DNA of 64,000 nt from an archaeon (lineage in GTDB: Archaea > Nanobdellota > Nanobdellia > Pacearchaeales > JAPDKA01), in the NCBI GenBank assembly GCA_029258825.1, contig JAPDKA010000008.1:39548-103547 (forward strand), written 5' to 3'. Under the pieces are notes generated by a model that made no database searches, had not been told where the DNA came from, and saw nothing but the letters and a program-made list of their open reading frames with translations. A program made the position numbers and the translations under genes. Positions 53,591 to 62,104 of this stretch are shown piece by piece. Within the stretch, counting starts at the first letter, position 1; the number at the start of each line of letters is the position of its first letter.

Positions 53591-54298
53591 TTATTTTTTC
53601 TTCTTTTTTATTTTCTTTTTAGTTTTCCTATACTCATACAACCTAGTTTGGTTTCTGCATATGAAAAAAGCTCTAGCTGTAAATAAAGCAGCAATGATCG
53701 TAGCAAGTTGACTAGTTAAAAATATTTTAACATTTGTTAAAGCGAAAAAGATATCGAATAAAGCGAAAAATACAATGATTGTTGGGGCAATAATAAACAC
53801 ACGAGAAATTCTGTAAATTTCACCTTTTTGTTTTTTGGTAAATATGAAAAACTTTACTAATGCAACACTCATGAGCAAACCTACTGTGATGTATAGCAAA
53901 AATTGCAATGGTCCTTGCACGAATCTTATTCCGTACCATACATGTTCAGCACTTTCAATAAATAAACCTGTAAACAATACAAATGGTAAAAGTATAAGCG
54001 CAGGAATATAAGTTACGATTGCATAATTTTCATGAATAAAGCTATTAACAAAGTGATACCATACGCTAGCTATCATTAAGATTAATCCAAATTCAATTCT
54101 AATGAGAATTGTTGCTTGATGAATTGAGACAATGCCAGCATGCAGGATAGCTTCGATAACATTCCATAAACATATGAAAGACATCATCCAGAAGAATGTT
54201 TTGTTTTGTATCGCGTGAGGATTTCTTAATAGCACGACAATTGCGATAATATAGTTAACAAAAAATGCAACTAACGATAGCAGAGTTAGCCATGTCAT
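53591..54298 (-). CDS. polytopic membrane protein (about 7 TM, sensor-like)
   Basis: Seven hydrophobic segments and a poly-K tail. Starts 1 nt after the upstream gene's stop. Confidence 0.55.
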   Translation of the reverse strand: MTWLTLLSLVAFFVNYIIAIVVLLRNPHAIQNKTFFWMMSFICLWNVIEAILHAGIVSIHQATILIRIEFGLILMIASVWYHFVNSFIHENYAIVTYIPALILLPFVLFTGLFIESAEHVWYGIRFVQGPLQFLLYITVGLLMSVALVKFFIFTKKQKGEIYRISRVFIIAPTIIVFFALFDIFFALTNVKIFLTSQLATIIAALFTARAFFICRNQTRLYEYRKTKKKIKKKKK

Positions 54299-54299
54299 T

Positions 54300-54758
54300 T
54301 TATCTTGCCATACCGAAAAATCCTTTTAATTTGTCTTCAGTTGGTTTTCCAAAGCCATATTCTTTACTTATTTCACTCATTAAAGTTGCTGAAATGACAA
54401 AAATGAAAGCTGAAACAAGTGCAAAGTAGTTTTCTATTAACAACCAAGGATTGAAGTCAAGTGTGAACAACTCTCTTAAAAAATGGATTGTGCTATAAAA
54501 AAGAAAAAACAATACACCCATGCTAAAGTAAACCAAACAATTATGTATTTTTCCTTTTAATGTTCTTATAGAAAAATAAGCTGCAAGCAACACAAGTAAT
54601 TCAGCAATAATTAATACAGCACCAAAAACAATAGAAGCCTTTGTTGCAACATAAGGTGTTTGCAGATGCAAAGCATAAACAGGCTGAGCATACATAAACA
54701 GTGCAACCGCGACCATTGTTATGAACAGTAAAGCAAACATAAATTGAAAATTTAGCAA
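54300..54758 (-). CDS. membrane protein (about 4-5 TM)
   Basis: Hydrophobic ORF. The track start is a TTG; an alternative ATG lies at 54740. Confidence 0.5.
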   Translation of the reverse strand: MLNFQFMFALLFITMVAVALFMYAQPVYALHLQTPYVATKASIVFGAVLIIAELLVLLAAYFSIRTLKGKIHNCLVYFSMGVLFFLFYSTIHFLRELFTLDFNPWLLIENYFALVSAFIFVISATLMSEISKEYGFGKPTEDKLKGFFGMAR

Positions 54759-54801
54759 AACATTTATAAAATTATTGTAGTATCACAAAGTAACAACGTT
54801 T

Positions 54802-55698
54802 TTAACTTGAAAGTTCCTTCCTCCTTGCTTCAAGAAATAATGGTTTAATGCCGGCAAACTCTGCTGCAGTTAGTACTTGCTTATCTTGTTGTTGTGCTGC
54901 CTGCAATACTTCTGCAATTTTTTGTTTATAGTGTAGATCCCTAACGATATGGTGATCAAGCAGAATAACTTTAACTTTACTCTGCTTTAATATACGAATA
55001 AGGTTTGCATTAGCCTTGCTTAATGCTTTTTTGCCAAAACGCCAACCTAAAAATAATGTTGGAAATCCTGAAATGATTAATACGTCAGGGTTTTGTTTTA
55101 TTATCCAATCTGCGGCTTTGTTCCATTGAGGGCCTTGAACATCACTTGCATGAACTACGCATTCATTTTTGTAATGTATTGCAAGCATCAAGACAAATCC
55201 TAGTTTACTGTTTTCGCCGCCATGCCATGCTGGCATAGAAAATACAAGTTTTGTTTTTCCAAATACAAACTGTTTGTTGTCTGCTATCAGTAGTTTTGCT
55301 GGTTTGCATTGCTTTAGAAAATCAAAGAAAGCGATAGCTCTTTCGTGTTGCGATTTATTTATGTTTGCTTGCCCGTCCTTAACTAGCACAATTTTGTTCT
55401 TGTAAATGCATGTGTCTGGCATGTAATGGTCATAATGGTAATGACTTATGCTTAGAATGTCGCATTGCTTAGCTATAGCAATGATGCGTTTTTCTCCTTG
55501 TTCTAGCGCGTTCAGCTCTTGTTGTGATGGCTCTAAGCCATAACGCACCGGTGCTATTGCAATTCCAGGATCAACAAAAATACGTTGGTCTGTTTCAACA
55601 TAAGTTGCCATACTTCTTACGCTGAATGAATCAAAAGCAACTGGCTTTAGCTTGATATGTTTTAATATCTTTATACTTTTGTTTATGCTTTTGGGCAT
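54802..55698 (-). CDS. metallo-beta-lactamase-fold hydrolase (archaeal UPF0282-like)
   Basis: HxHxDH motif in SISHYHYDHY. I prefer the start MPKSINKS (55698) over the hydrophobic upstream extension to 55782. Confidence 0.7.
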   Translation of the reverse strand: MPKSINKSIKILKHIKLKPVAFDSFSVRSMATYVETDQRIFVDPGIAIAPVRYGLEPSQQELNALEQGEKRIIAIAKQCDILSISHYHYDHYMPDTCIYKNKIVLVKDGQANINKSQHERAIAFFDFLKQCKPAKLLIADNKQFVFGKTKLVFSMPAWHGGENSKLGFVLMLAIHYKNECVVHASDVQGPQWNKAADWIIKQNPDVLIISGFPTLFLGWRFGKKALSKANANLIRILKQSKVKVILLDHHIVRDLHYKQKIAEVLQAAQQQDKQVLTAAEFAGIKPLFLEARRKELSS

Positions 55699-55792
55699 AT
55701 GTAACAAAAGCAACATATATTTTAATTTTTTCGTTATTAAGCAAAAACTTATAAACATAAAACAAAAAATAAAAACAAACAAAAATAGAATT

Positions 55793-55865
55793 GCCCCCGT
55801 AGTTCAGTTGGATAGAACACAGGCTTGCGGAGCCTGAGACCTGGGTTCGAATCCCAGCGGGGGCA
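55793..55865 (+). tRNA. tRNA-Arg (anticodon GCG)
   Basis: Acceptor GCCCCCG/CGGGGGC, D-arm AGTTCAGTTGGATAGAAC, anticodon stem CAGGC/GCCTG with loop TTGCGGA, T-arm CTGGG-TTCGAAT-CCCAG, discriminator A. Confidence 0.9.
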
Positions 55866-55934
55866 TAACGACTTTTCTTTTCTTAATAAAAAATAATTAG
55901 AGAAATAATTTTAGAAAAGTTTGGAGAAGTTTGC

Positions 55935-56897
55935 TCACACTTGTTTGTCACTTAGACCATGTCTTGTGATAAAGAATACTGTTTCTGCATCAGGTAGATT
56001 AGGACTGTCTATGAGTTTGGCAACTCTGCTATCTTTTTTACCTTTTCTCAAGTAGATTCTATATGTTGATGCGTGCCCTACTATGTTTCCGCCTATTGCC
56101 TGTGTTGGATCACCAAATAAAACATCAGGCCTCGCCATAACTTGATTAGTTACATAAACTGCTATGTTGTAAGTTTCTGCAAGACGCATTAGGTTGTGCA
56201 TATGTCTGTTTATGCGTTGTTGTCTATCAGCAAGTTGACCACGGCCAGTAAACTCTGCCCTAAAATGTGCTGTTAAGCTATCAACAATTAACAACTTTAT
56301 AGGCTCCCCTTTGTTAAGCAAATCACGCACTTTATCAACTAACAGCATTTGGTGTTCGCTATTAAAAGCTCTGGCCACAAAAATGTTTTTAAGTGCTTTT
56401 TCAGGATCTAGGCCCACACCTGCAGCAATTTGTTTTATTCTTTCTGGCCTAAACGTGCCTTCTGTATCAATATATACTGCTTTACCATTTGCGCCACCCC
56501 TCTCAACAGGCAACTGCACGTTTACAGCTAAGCAATGAGCAATTTGCGTTTTTCCACTTCCGTATGCACCAAATGCTTCAGTAATTGCTTTGGTTTCTAC
56601 ACCGCCTCCTATTAATGCATCAAGATTTTTACTGCCTGTAGTAATACGTAATATCTCTTTACGTTTTTCAGCATAACTTGCAGCATCTTCAAAACCAAGC
56701 TGAAGAACTTTTCTTGCGGCAGCAATAGCCTTCCTTGCAGCAGCTTCGCTTATGTCAGCAATGCTACTAAGTTCAGAAGGTGCCATAACAGCAATACTCA
56801 TAACATCACAATAACCAGCAGACTCAAGCTTAGATGCTATGGTTGGTCCTATACCTGGCAAATCAGTGAGCTTGACTTCTTTCTTTGGCGAGGCCAT
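55935..56897 (-). CDS. radA: DNA repair and recombination protein RadA
   Basis: N-terminal HhH ([20 protein letters not shown]), Walker [10 protein letters not shown] and Walker B LLIVDSL. I prefer the start MASPKKEV (56897) over 56999. Confidence 0.92.
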   Translation of the reverse strand: MASPKKEVKLTDLPGIGPTIASKLESAGYCDVMSIAVMAPSELSSIADISEAAARKAIAAARKVLQLGFEDAASYAEKRKEILRITTGSKNLDALIGGGVETKAITEAFGAYGSGKTQIAHCLAVNVQLPVERGGANGKAVYIDTEGTFRPERIKQIAAGVGLDPEKALKNIFVARAFNSEHQMLLVDKVRDLLNKGEPIKLLIVDSLTAHFRAEFTGRGQLADRQQRINRHMHNLMRLAETYNIAVYVTNQVMARPDVLFGDPTQAIGGNIVGHASTYRIYLRKGKKDSRVAKLIDSPNLPDAETVFFITRHGLSDKQV

Positions 56898-57030
56898 AAA
56901 AACTGCATGCTTGACAGCTTTATAAATATTTTTGCCATGTTTTATCATATACAACAAAATATTTGTTGTAACATATAAATGAAAACTGAACCAAGACAAT
57001 ATTTTTAAATTTTAAGCTAAAATAAAAAAC

Positions 57031-57486
57031 ATGCAAGGCAAAACGCATCTCGCGTTTGGCATGCTTATAGCAGCATTGTTAACCTTGGTTATACATTTTA
57101 ACATGCTACATAAGTTTCTTTTCTTTGCCATGATTGTTATTGGCAGTGTACTTCCTGATATAGATACACCAAAATCATATGTAGGAAAACGTGTAAAGCT
57201 TAACCCAGCAGTTTTGTTTGGTCATAGAACTTTATTTCATAGTTTTACAATTGTGGTAGTATTGTTTATTGCGTTTTTATTTGCAAAACAAGCAAGGCTT
57301 TTGCTTGGAGGGCTGCTTATAGGTTATGTATCACATTTATTGCTTGATGCGTTAACTTTGCAAGGCATAGTATTGTTTTGGCCTTTTAAAGCAAAAGTGC
57401 GTGGAAGCATAGCAACCTCAAGCATGATTGATCATGTATTGTTTTATATTTTTTTAATTACAGCTTTTTTTATATTGCTTAGATAA
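57031..57486 (+). CDS. membrane-bound metal-dependent hydrolase (YdjM/DUF457-like)
   Basis: MQGKTHLAFG..., LPDIDTP and SHLLLDALT are typical of the YdjM family. About 4 TM. Confidence 0.7.
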   Translation: MQGKTHLAFGMLIAALLTLVIHFNMLHKFLFFAMIVIGSVLPDIDTPKSYVGKRVKLNPAVLFGHRTLFHSFTIVVVLFIAFLFAKQARLLLGGLLIGYVSHLLLDALTLQGIVLFWPFKAKVRGSIATSSMIDHVLFYIFLITAFFILLR

Positions 57487-57510
57487 TTGCAGAATTTTTG
57501 CGTAAGCAAA

Positions 57511-58482
57511 CTACATCTTTGCAAGTTCTTCAACAAGTTGTGAAGGATCTACGGCTGTAATTTTATTAGCTACAAACTCTAATACATTTAACTGGGTATT
57601 CTTGCGTACTCTCCCTTCAAAGATGAATTCTTTGCCAAGCAGTTCAGCTTTGATTTCATCTGTAGTTTTGTTCCGAAGAGCCATTACTTGCTTGCTCTCT
57701 TGTTCAGGAGTGTCTGCATTTATGTTAAACAACTCTAGTGTTGGCCTAGTAAAGCATAACACACGAATGTTTGCTGTTCCATCATCAACGATCAAGCTAA
57801 GTAATACTCTGTGCAATGCTGCATTATGCACATCGCAAACACTGTCAACGCGCTTTTTACATTCAGGACAAATGCTGAAATAGAACGGATCAAAGACATG
57901 CACAACAACAGCCCTAATTTTTGCTCTATCATTAGCATTTAATTTTGCTATCTGCGTTTGCTTTACCTCTTGTTTTTCTTTAACATTCTCTAACACAACA
58001 TTACTTAACTCTATGTTGCTGTAGCTAGTTAAGTGTAGTTCTTTTGTTGTTTCGCTGCCACGCACATTTGCGTTAGTTATTTCAACTGTTACACCTTCTT
58101 TTATTTTACCATTTTCAACAAGGGCTATGTGGTTAGTGTCCCATAACACAACCCTTATGATATCGCTATCATCAGCAAGCAAAAAGCTAACTATTTTATG
58201 TGTCTTGCCGTTACGTTCAAATTGTTTAATAGGAAACATCTTGATGATTTTTCCTATTACATTAACACGTTTCATGCCAGCAAGCAAGTCAGCAATTTTC
58301 AATTTTATATTTTCAAATTTAATGCCAAGTTCTGCAGCAACAACTTGGATAGCTCCTTCTTTACTTATCAAACCAGAAAGTCTAGCACGTTTTGCTTCTA
58401 CACGCTTTTCTACCTCCTCCTTACTAAGTCCAGACAGCTTTGCTATTCTTTCAAGCAGTTCTTCATAGCTTGCTTTAATCAT
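57511..58482 (-). CDS. rpa: replication protein A-type ssDNA-binding protein (OB folds + zinc ribbon)
   Basis: N-terminal helical domain, OB-fold region (KIVSFLLADDSDIIRVVLWD) and zinc motif CPECKKRV...CDVH. Confidence 0.8.
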   Translation of the reverse strand: MIKASYEELLERIAKLSGLSKEEVEKRVEAKRARLSGLISKEGAIQVVAAELGIKFENIKLKIADLLAGMKRVNVIGKIIKMFPIKQFERNGKTHKIVSFLLADDSDIIRVVLWDTNHIALVENGKIKEGVTVEITNANVRGSETTKELHLTSYSNIELSNVVLENVKEKQEVKQTQIAKLNANDRAKIRAVVVHVFDPFYFSICPECKKRVDSVCDVHNAALHRVLLSLIVDDGTANIRVLCFTRPTLELFNINADTPEQESKQVMALRNKTTDEIKAELLGKEFIFEGRVRKNTQLNVLEFVANKITAVDPSQLVEELAKM

Positions 58483-58489
58483 ATACCAT

Positions 58490-59128
58490 CTAAGTTAGTG
58501 CTATTTTTAAAGTAATCGTTTTTACTGTTTTCTCGCTCGGGCTAACAAAAGGCCTAGAAGTGAGAGTAACAAAATTGTTGTCAATGCTTACATTCCAAAA
58601 CTTAAACTTGATTTCATCAGAATTTTCCAATTTGGTTTTTTCGCTTAATTTTTGTAGCTCTAGCAATGCGTTTAAGCAATAGCTGCTTTCACTCCTTACC
58701 TTTGGCTTGATAACAACATAGCTTTGCTTGGATGTTTGGAGTGTTTGATTAACGCTAAAACTGCAATGCACAACGTTTTTAATGTAACAGCTAGCATCAT
58801 TGAATGTTTGATTAAGTTTATCTTCAAATGCTTTGGCAATATTCTCTTGTATGTTATCAAAGCAAGATACAGCAAATGCGTTTCCTGTTAACATACAATC
58901 ATTATCAGTAACTCTATTTATGTTTTGCAGGAGTTCACAGCTGTAAACATTGCCAAACAGCCTAAACCATTGTTCATAGTCAGTACTGTTAACGTTTGTA
59001 AAAATACGAGTTGGCTTATAAAGCGAAAAACTGTAAAGCAAGTAGCCAAATACAATTAAAGCTATGAGCACTAAGAATGTTGCAAAAAGCTCTGCACGTT
59101 TGTTTTTGAGTTTATTGTTTATTTTCAT
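58490..59128 (-). CDS. pilin-like protein (NKRA|ELFATFLVLIAL)
   Basis: Basic leader, small residue, then a hydrophobic helix. The body is Cys-containing. Confidence 0.55.
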   Translation of the reverse strand: MKINNKLKNKRAELFATFLVLIALIVFGYLLYSFSLYKPTRIFTNVNSTDYEQWFRLFGNVYSCELLQNINRVTDNDCMLTGNAFAVSCFDNIQENIAKAFEDKLNQTFNDASCYIKNVVHCSFSVNQTLQTSKQSYVVIKPKVRSESSYCLNALLELQKLSEKTKLENSDEIKFKFWNVSIDNNFVTLTSRPFVSPSEKTVKTITLKIALT

Positions 59129-59143
59129 TTTATGTTTTTTATT

Positions 59144-59590
59144 TTATGTTTTTTTCTTTAACCCTACTTTTATGTCCAACGCATAAGGGTTTGGCACATT
59201 TACAGTTGCTCTTAACAAGCAGTTGCTCGCAATTTTTTTGCCATTCACTACAATAACAAAACATTGATCGCCAAACACATCAAAAGCAGCATTACTTAGT
59301 GCTTGTTTCTGCTGTTCGCTTAATTGGTCTAGCATTAATAACTGGTATACAGTAGTATTGACAGCCATACCATCTTGCACGTTTATTTGCCTGTTTAACC
59401 ATTTGTAGCAATAGCTTAGTGCTGCAAGTTGTTCTGCATTTGCCACAGCTACATTTATGCTTGATTTTTTATAAGTGTTTACTAGCATTGAGCTGAATAA
59501 AAAAAAGATAACAATAAAAAAGATTAATACAAACGTAGAAGCTGCTAAAACTAATGTTGATGCTTGAGCTTGCTTTGTTTTGATTTTCAT
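59144..59590 (-). CDS. pilin-like protein (KQA|QASTLVLAAS)
   Basis: MKIKTKQAQASTLVLAASTFVLIFFIVIFFLF. Confidence 0.6.
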   Translation of the reverse strand: MKIKTKQAQASTLVLAASTFVLIFFIVIFFLFSSMLVNTYKKSSINVAVANAEQLAALSYCYKWLNRQINVQDGMAVNTTVYQLLMLDQLSEQQKQALSNAAFDVFGDQCFVIVVNGKKIASNCLLRATVNVPNPYALDIKVGLKKKT

Positions 59591-59631
59591 TTTGCTTGGC
59601 TAAAGTTAATTTTCTTGGTTTAATTTTTTGT

Positions 59632-60063
59632 TTATTTTACTGCCAAAAAAATGTCAGCGTATGGCATTGCTTGATTTATGCATGCTATATCTATTTTTGC
59701 TTTTTTCTTAATCTCACAATAAATTTTTAGTGTTGTATCACCATACTCAACTGTGTAATCCTTCTTTTTTATCATAACGAAAAAATTTTTTGTATTAATT
59801 GCATTAAGACATTGTTCAATATCATCCTGCAATTCATACTTAGCGCAATTGCTTACCGCATGAAATAACAAAGCTGCGTTGTTTTGCTCAAAGCTTATTC
59901 GCAGCTTTGCAGTTATTAGCACTAAACCAAATAAAAAAATTGTTACTAACATTAAGCGATACATCCATAACAACATTTCACTACCAAACAACTGCGCTTT
60001 GTTATTAAGCTTGCCAGGCTTGTTCTGTTGATGTTTACTACACTTATACTTTTTCTTTAACAT
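59632..60063 (-). CDS. pilin-like protein (NKA|QLFGSEMLLW)
   Basis: Long basic leader, KAQ, then a hydrophobic helix. Confidence 0.55.
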   Translation of the reverse strand: MLKKKYKCSKHQQNKPGKLNNKAQLFGSEMLLWMYRLMLVTIFLFGLVLITAKLRISFEQNNAALLFHAVSNCAKYELQDDIEQCLNAINTKNFFVMIKKKDYTVEYGDTTLKIYCEIKKKAKIDIACINQAMPYADIFLAVK

Positions 60064-60073
60064 TTTTTTGTAC

Positions 60074-60436
60074 TTATTTTGTATAAGGCTGGATCAAAAT
60101 TTTGTTTTGCTCAATTGAAACTTTGGCATTTGTTATGTAGCTGCATTGCACTTTTACATTATTTTTTTCAATCATAATTGAGTTAGCATCTATGTTAATG
60201 TTATCTACATTATTAAGTTGTATAATTGTTTCGTGCTTAGCTTGGCCAATCAATGCTGCTATCTCCATGCATTGTGCTTTTAGCTTTAGGCTGCATATGT
60301 TAGAGTTAATAAATACAAGCGATGCAAATAGAATAAATGCAAGCAAAATAAGCGCAATAATATTTTGATAAAGCATGGTAACGGCTTTTTTTTCACTTAC
60401 TTGTTTTGCTTGACTTTCTTGTTTCGCTTGAGACAT
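60074..60436 (-). CDS. small N-terminally anchored protein, possibly pilin-like (EKKA|VTMLYQNIIALIL)
   Basis: Charged leader, then a hydrophobic helix. First gene of the four-gene run. Confidence 0.5.
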   Translation of the reverse strand: MSQAKQESQAKQVSEKKAVTMLYQNIIALILLAFILFASLVFINSNICSLKLKAQCMEIAALIGQAKHETIIQLNNVDNINIDANSIMIEKNNVKVQCSYITNAKVSIEQNKILIQPYTK

Positions 60437-60488
60437 GTTTTACTAACACGATAACAATTAATAAAGCTTACGTCAGTATTAACATACA

Positions 60489-60523
60489 TTATGAATATAT
60501 ATTCATAACGAAATTATGAATAT
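60489..60523. promoter_or_regulatory. 20-nt perfect palindrome TTATGAATATATATTCATAA plus a third half-site (candidate operator)
   Basis: 60489-60508 is self-complementary with no spacer. ATTATGAATAT recurs at 60513-60523. The site lies 53-87 nt upstream of the ATG at 60436 (minus strand). Confidence 0.55.
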
Positions 60524-60557
60524 TTATTCAAAACAAAGCCAAAAACTTTTCTTTTTC

Positions 60558-62036
60558 TTATTTAACAACCCCAACCTTTGTGCTTGTTTGCTTTCCTTTC
60601 ACAAAATAGACACCACCACCAACATCAAGACCAGCAAAATCAACCTCATTGCCATAGCCTCCCGCCACTTTTCGACCTGCAACATCATAAACAGCCCAGC
60701 TGCATGCATTACTGAACTTAACAACAGGCATGGCTGTAAAATTGTTAAGCACTCTTGCTTCAAGATTGCTGCCAGCCCTGTTTTGCCTTGCTATACCTGT
60801 TTGTTCATACTTGAAAAGCCAGACAGTTGGCCATGATGTTGTTGTGTCAGTTGTATCAGCATAATCTTTACTGCCATAAGCAACAAGCATGCTATCGTTC
60901 AATGCTTCAACACAATAAATCCTGCATGAATCTAATCCAGCTTTGTAAACCTCAACAAGATTCAGGTTTTTATCAAATCTATAAATAAATGCAGTATCTG
61001 CAATGTTTTCGCTTTCCCACCCATCAACATAGCCAGCAATATCAATCAAACCAGCTGAATCCACACAGCTATCATAAACAAGATAGTTAAGATCACTGTT
61101 CGGATGCTGTATAACCACAAACCCCAATGTATCAAGCTGTCTGTCAAGCTTTGCAACAATAATCTCCCTAGGATATCCACGACCACCAGCAATATACAAG
61201 TAATTCCCATCAAAAGTTATGGTACGTGCAAGATCATCATTACCAGGATAAAAATTATATTCTTTACTGTTAATTAATGAGCCATCTTCAGCATCTAGTT
61301 TAGCAAAAACTGTATTAACTTCATAAGCATCTGAACGATAATACCCACCAGCTGTGTATATTGTATCATTAATATTGAACATTTCGTAAGGAGTACCAAC
61401 AGTTGAGCTTGCATGGAATACATTATACACAACATTACCTAATGTGTCAACCCCTGTAAATCTTTCTCCATTACTGTTCATGAAATAAAACATTACACCA
61501 AAATCTGTATTTACCAACCCTTTTTGATCAAGCAAGTAAGCATCGCCTGGATCACTATAATAATTCTCCCACAATTTTGTGCCAGTTGTGTCATAGCATG
61601 CTATCCATGGCTTATTAATGTTGCCATCCCAATCTGCACCAAACATCCATAGTCTGTTGTGAGCGTACAAGATTGATTGAAGCCATGTGTCACCTTGTTG
61701 TGATCCTGGTGGCGATCTTGCTCTTGGAATCGTATCATTTATTATTAATTGATCTAAATCTCTTATATCAAATATGTATGAATTAGTTATATTATCATCA
61801 CTCCCTAAATAAATCTCTTTCTTATTTTTATTAATACCGATACCTTGATAGGTAGCGTATTTAGCTTCACCCACTTGATACTTCCTACTATCAACCAACG
61901 TCAATGCTTTTGTATTAACAGGAAGGAATGATAAAGCAAGTGTGGGAACTAAAATCAAGCCTGTCTTAGGATTGGGCAAGTACAGTTTTGCTTTGTTCAA
62001 TGCTTGCTTTATCCTGCTTACCAACTTTTTTACCAT
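60558..62036 (-). CDS. secreted beta-propeller-like protein with a T9SS-type (Por_Secre_tail/FlgD-Ig-like) C-terminal domain
   Basis: Signal-like N-terminus (MVKKLVSRIK...LALSFLPVNTKA). The body has repetitive Y/G/D-rich beta-strand blocks. The last roughly 70 aa (AVYDVAGRKV...GLDVGGGVYFVKGKQTSTKVGVVK) fit the T9SS CTD pattern. ATG at 62036 preferred. Confidence 0.7.
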   Translation of the reverse strand: MVKKLVSRIKQALNKAKLYLPNPKTGLILVPTLALSFLPVNTKALTLVDSRKYQVGEAKYATYQGIGINKNKKEIYLGSDDNITNSYIFDIRDLDQLIINDTIPRARSPPGSQQGDTWLQSILYAHNRLWMFGADWDGNINKPWIACYDTTGTKLWENYYSDPGDAYLLDQKGLVNTDFGVMFYFMNSNGERFTGVDTLGNVVYNVFHASSTVGTPYEMFNINDTIYTAGGYYRSDAYEVNTVFAKLDAEDGSLINSKEYNFYPGNDDLARTITFDGNYLYIAGGRGYPREIIVAKLDRQLDTLGFVVIQHPNSDLNYLVYDSCVDSAGLIDIAGYVDGWESENIADTAFIYRFDKNLNLVEVYKAGLDSCRIYCVEALNDSMLVAYGSKDYADTTDTTTSWPTVWLFKYEQTGIARQNRAGSNLEARVLNNFTAMPVVKFSNACSWAVYDVAGRKVAGGYGNEVDFAGLDVGGGVYFVKGKQTSTKVGVVK

Positions 62037-62104
62037 AATTATAAAACACAAAACAAATTTATAAATCTTTCGTTACTGAATAATGATTATATTTATGTAT
62101 ATAA

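Noticed and set aside
55652-55837. 61-aa plus-strand ORF, and the hydrophobic N-terminal extension of the MBL gene up to 55782.
   Set aside because: The ORF runs through tRNA-Arg. The MBL protein aligns sensibly only from MPKSINKS (55698).
56898-56999. N-terminal extension of RadA ([34 protein letters not shown]).
   Set aside because: It is hydrophobic and non-homologous to RadA. The conserved HhH domain starts right after MASPKKEV, so I chose the internal ATG at 56897.
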